Source: Deltaproteobacteria bacterium
GTDB lineage: Bacteria > Myxococcota_A > UBA9042 > DTJE01
Length of the DNA stretch: 64,000 nucleotides
Direction: 5' to 3'
Assembly (NCBI GenBank): GCA_029547805.1
Contig: JAKPOP010000020.1
Coordinates: forward strand, 9,797-73,796
Shown here: in pieces, positions 63,993 to 64,000 of the stretch
Position numbering within the stretch: position 1 is the first letter of the stretch
How the letters are laid out: the number at the start of each line of letters is the position of its first letter
Notes under the pieces: model-generated
Told to the model about the DNA's origin: nothing
The model's database searches: none
What the model saw: only the letters and a program-made list of their open reading frames with translations
Program-made: the position numbers and the translations under genes

Positions 63993-64000
63993 GATCAGGG

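Noticed and set aside
1-64000. Looked for CRISPR arrays, tRNA/rRNA genes, IS elements, integrases, phage genes, and toxin-antitoxin or defence gene pairs.
   Set aside because: No direct-repeat/spacer architecture, no tRNA-like cloverleaf candidates in the short intergenic regions, and no transposase, integrase or nuclease-helicase signatures were seen. The window looks like core chromosome.

Overview
This 64 kb window is very GC-rich (about 70%) and densely coding. I support 47 protein-coding genes. There are no rRNA or tRNA genes, no CRISPR array, and no transposase, integrase or phage genes. The lineage looks like Myxococcota: a MYXO-CTERM-like C-terminal sorting tail is present (24497-25939), several proteins carry Myxococcales-type cysteine-rich repeats (CNGxDDDCDG and CDDGNPCTxDxC), and thrombospondin type-3 calcium-binding repeats occur. 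Many lipoproteins carry lipobox signals. Real genes were separated from the many long antisense or alternate-frame ORFs (a GC3 artefact) using recognisable catalytic motifs, signal peptides, Shine-Dalgarno sequences and 4-nt ATGA/TAATG translational-coupling overlaps. Confident housekeeping calls are ftsK, dapF, folE, glgA, a propionyl-CoA carboxylase beta/carboxyltransferase, valS, ftsY and ribosomal protein L3.

The most interesting content is:
(1) A minus-strand operon at 10463-16901 encoding three radical-SAM domains in two proteins, one a 765-aa fusion with two CxxxCxxC motifs plus SPASM-like Cys clusters. It also encodes a Cys-cluster SAM methyltransferase and two DUF4339/GYF-like proteins. 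No precursor peptide is evident.
(2) A tightly coupled four-gene module at 32200-38580: a C45-like Ntn acyltransferase lipoprotein, an outer-membrane beta-barrel, a penicillin/AHL-acylase-family (S45) lipoprotein and a Cys-rich lipoprotein.
(3) A folE, CoAse-type Nudix, DHH phosphoesterase operon at 39580-41806 with two ATGA overlaps. It could encode the complete GTP to dihydroneopterin dephosphorylation route.
(4) An orphan GspE/PilB-type ATPase with an N-terminal cNMP-binding domain, coupled to a TPR protein.
(5) A stand-alone, divergent L3 paralog lacking the conserved QNQ methylation site.
(6) Two tandem B12-binding radical-SAM paralogs behind an RlmI-like methyltransferase.
(7) A secreted protein built of 13-aa (39-bp) tandem repeats, in an operon with a cysteine-rich repeat lipoprotein.

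All functional assignments come from motif recognition by eye. No database search was run.
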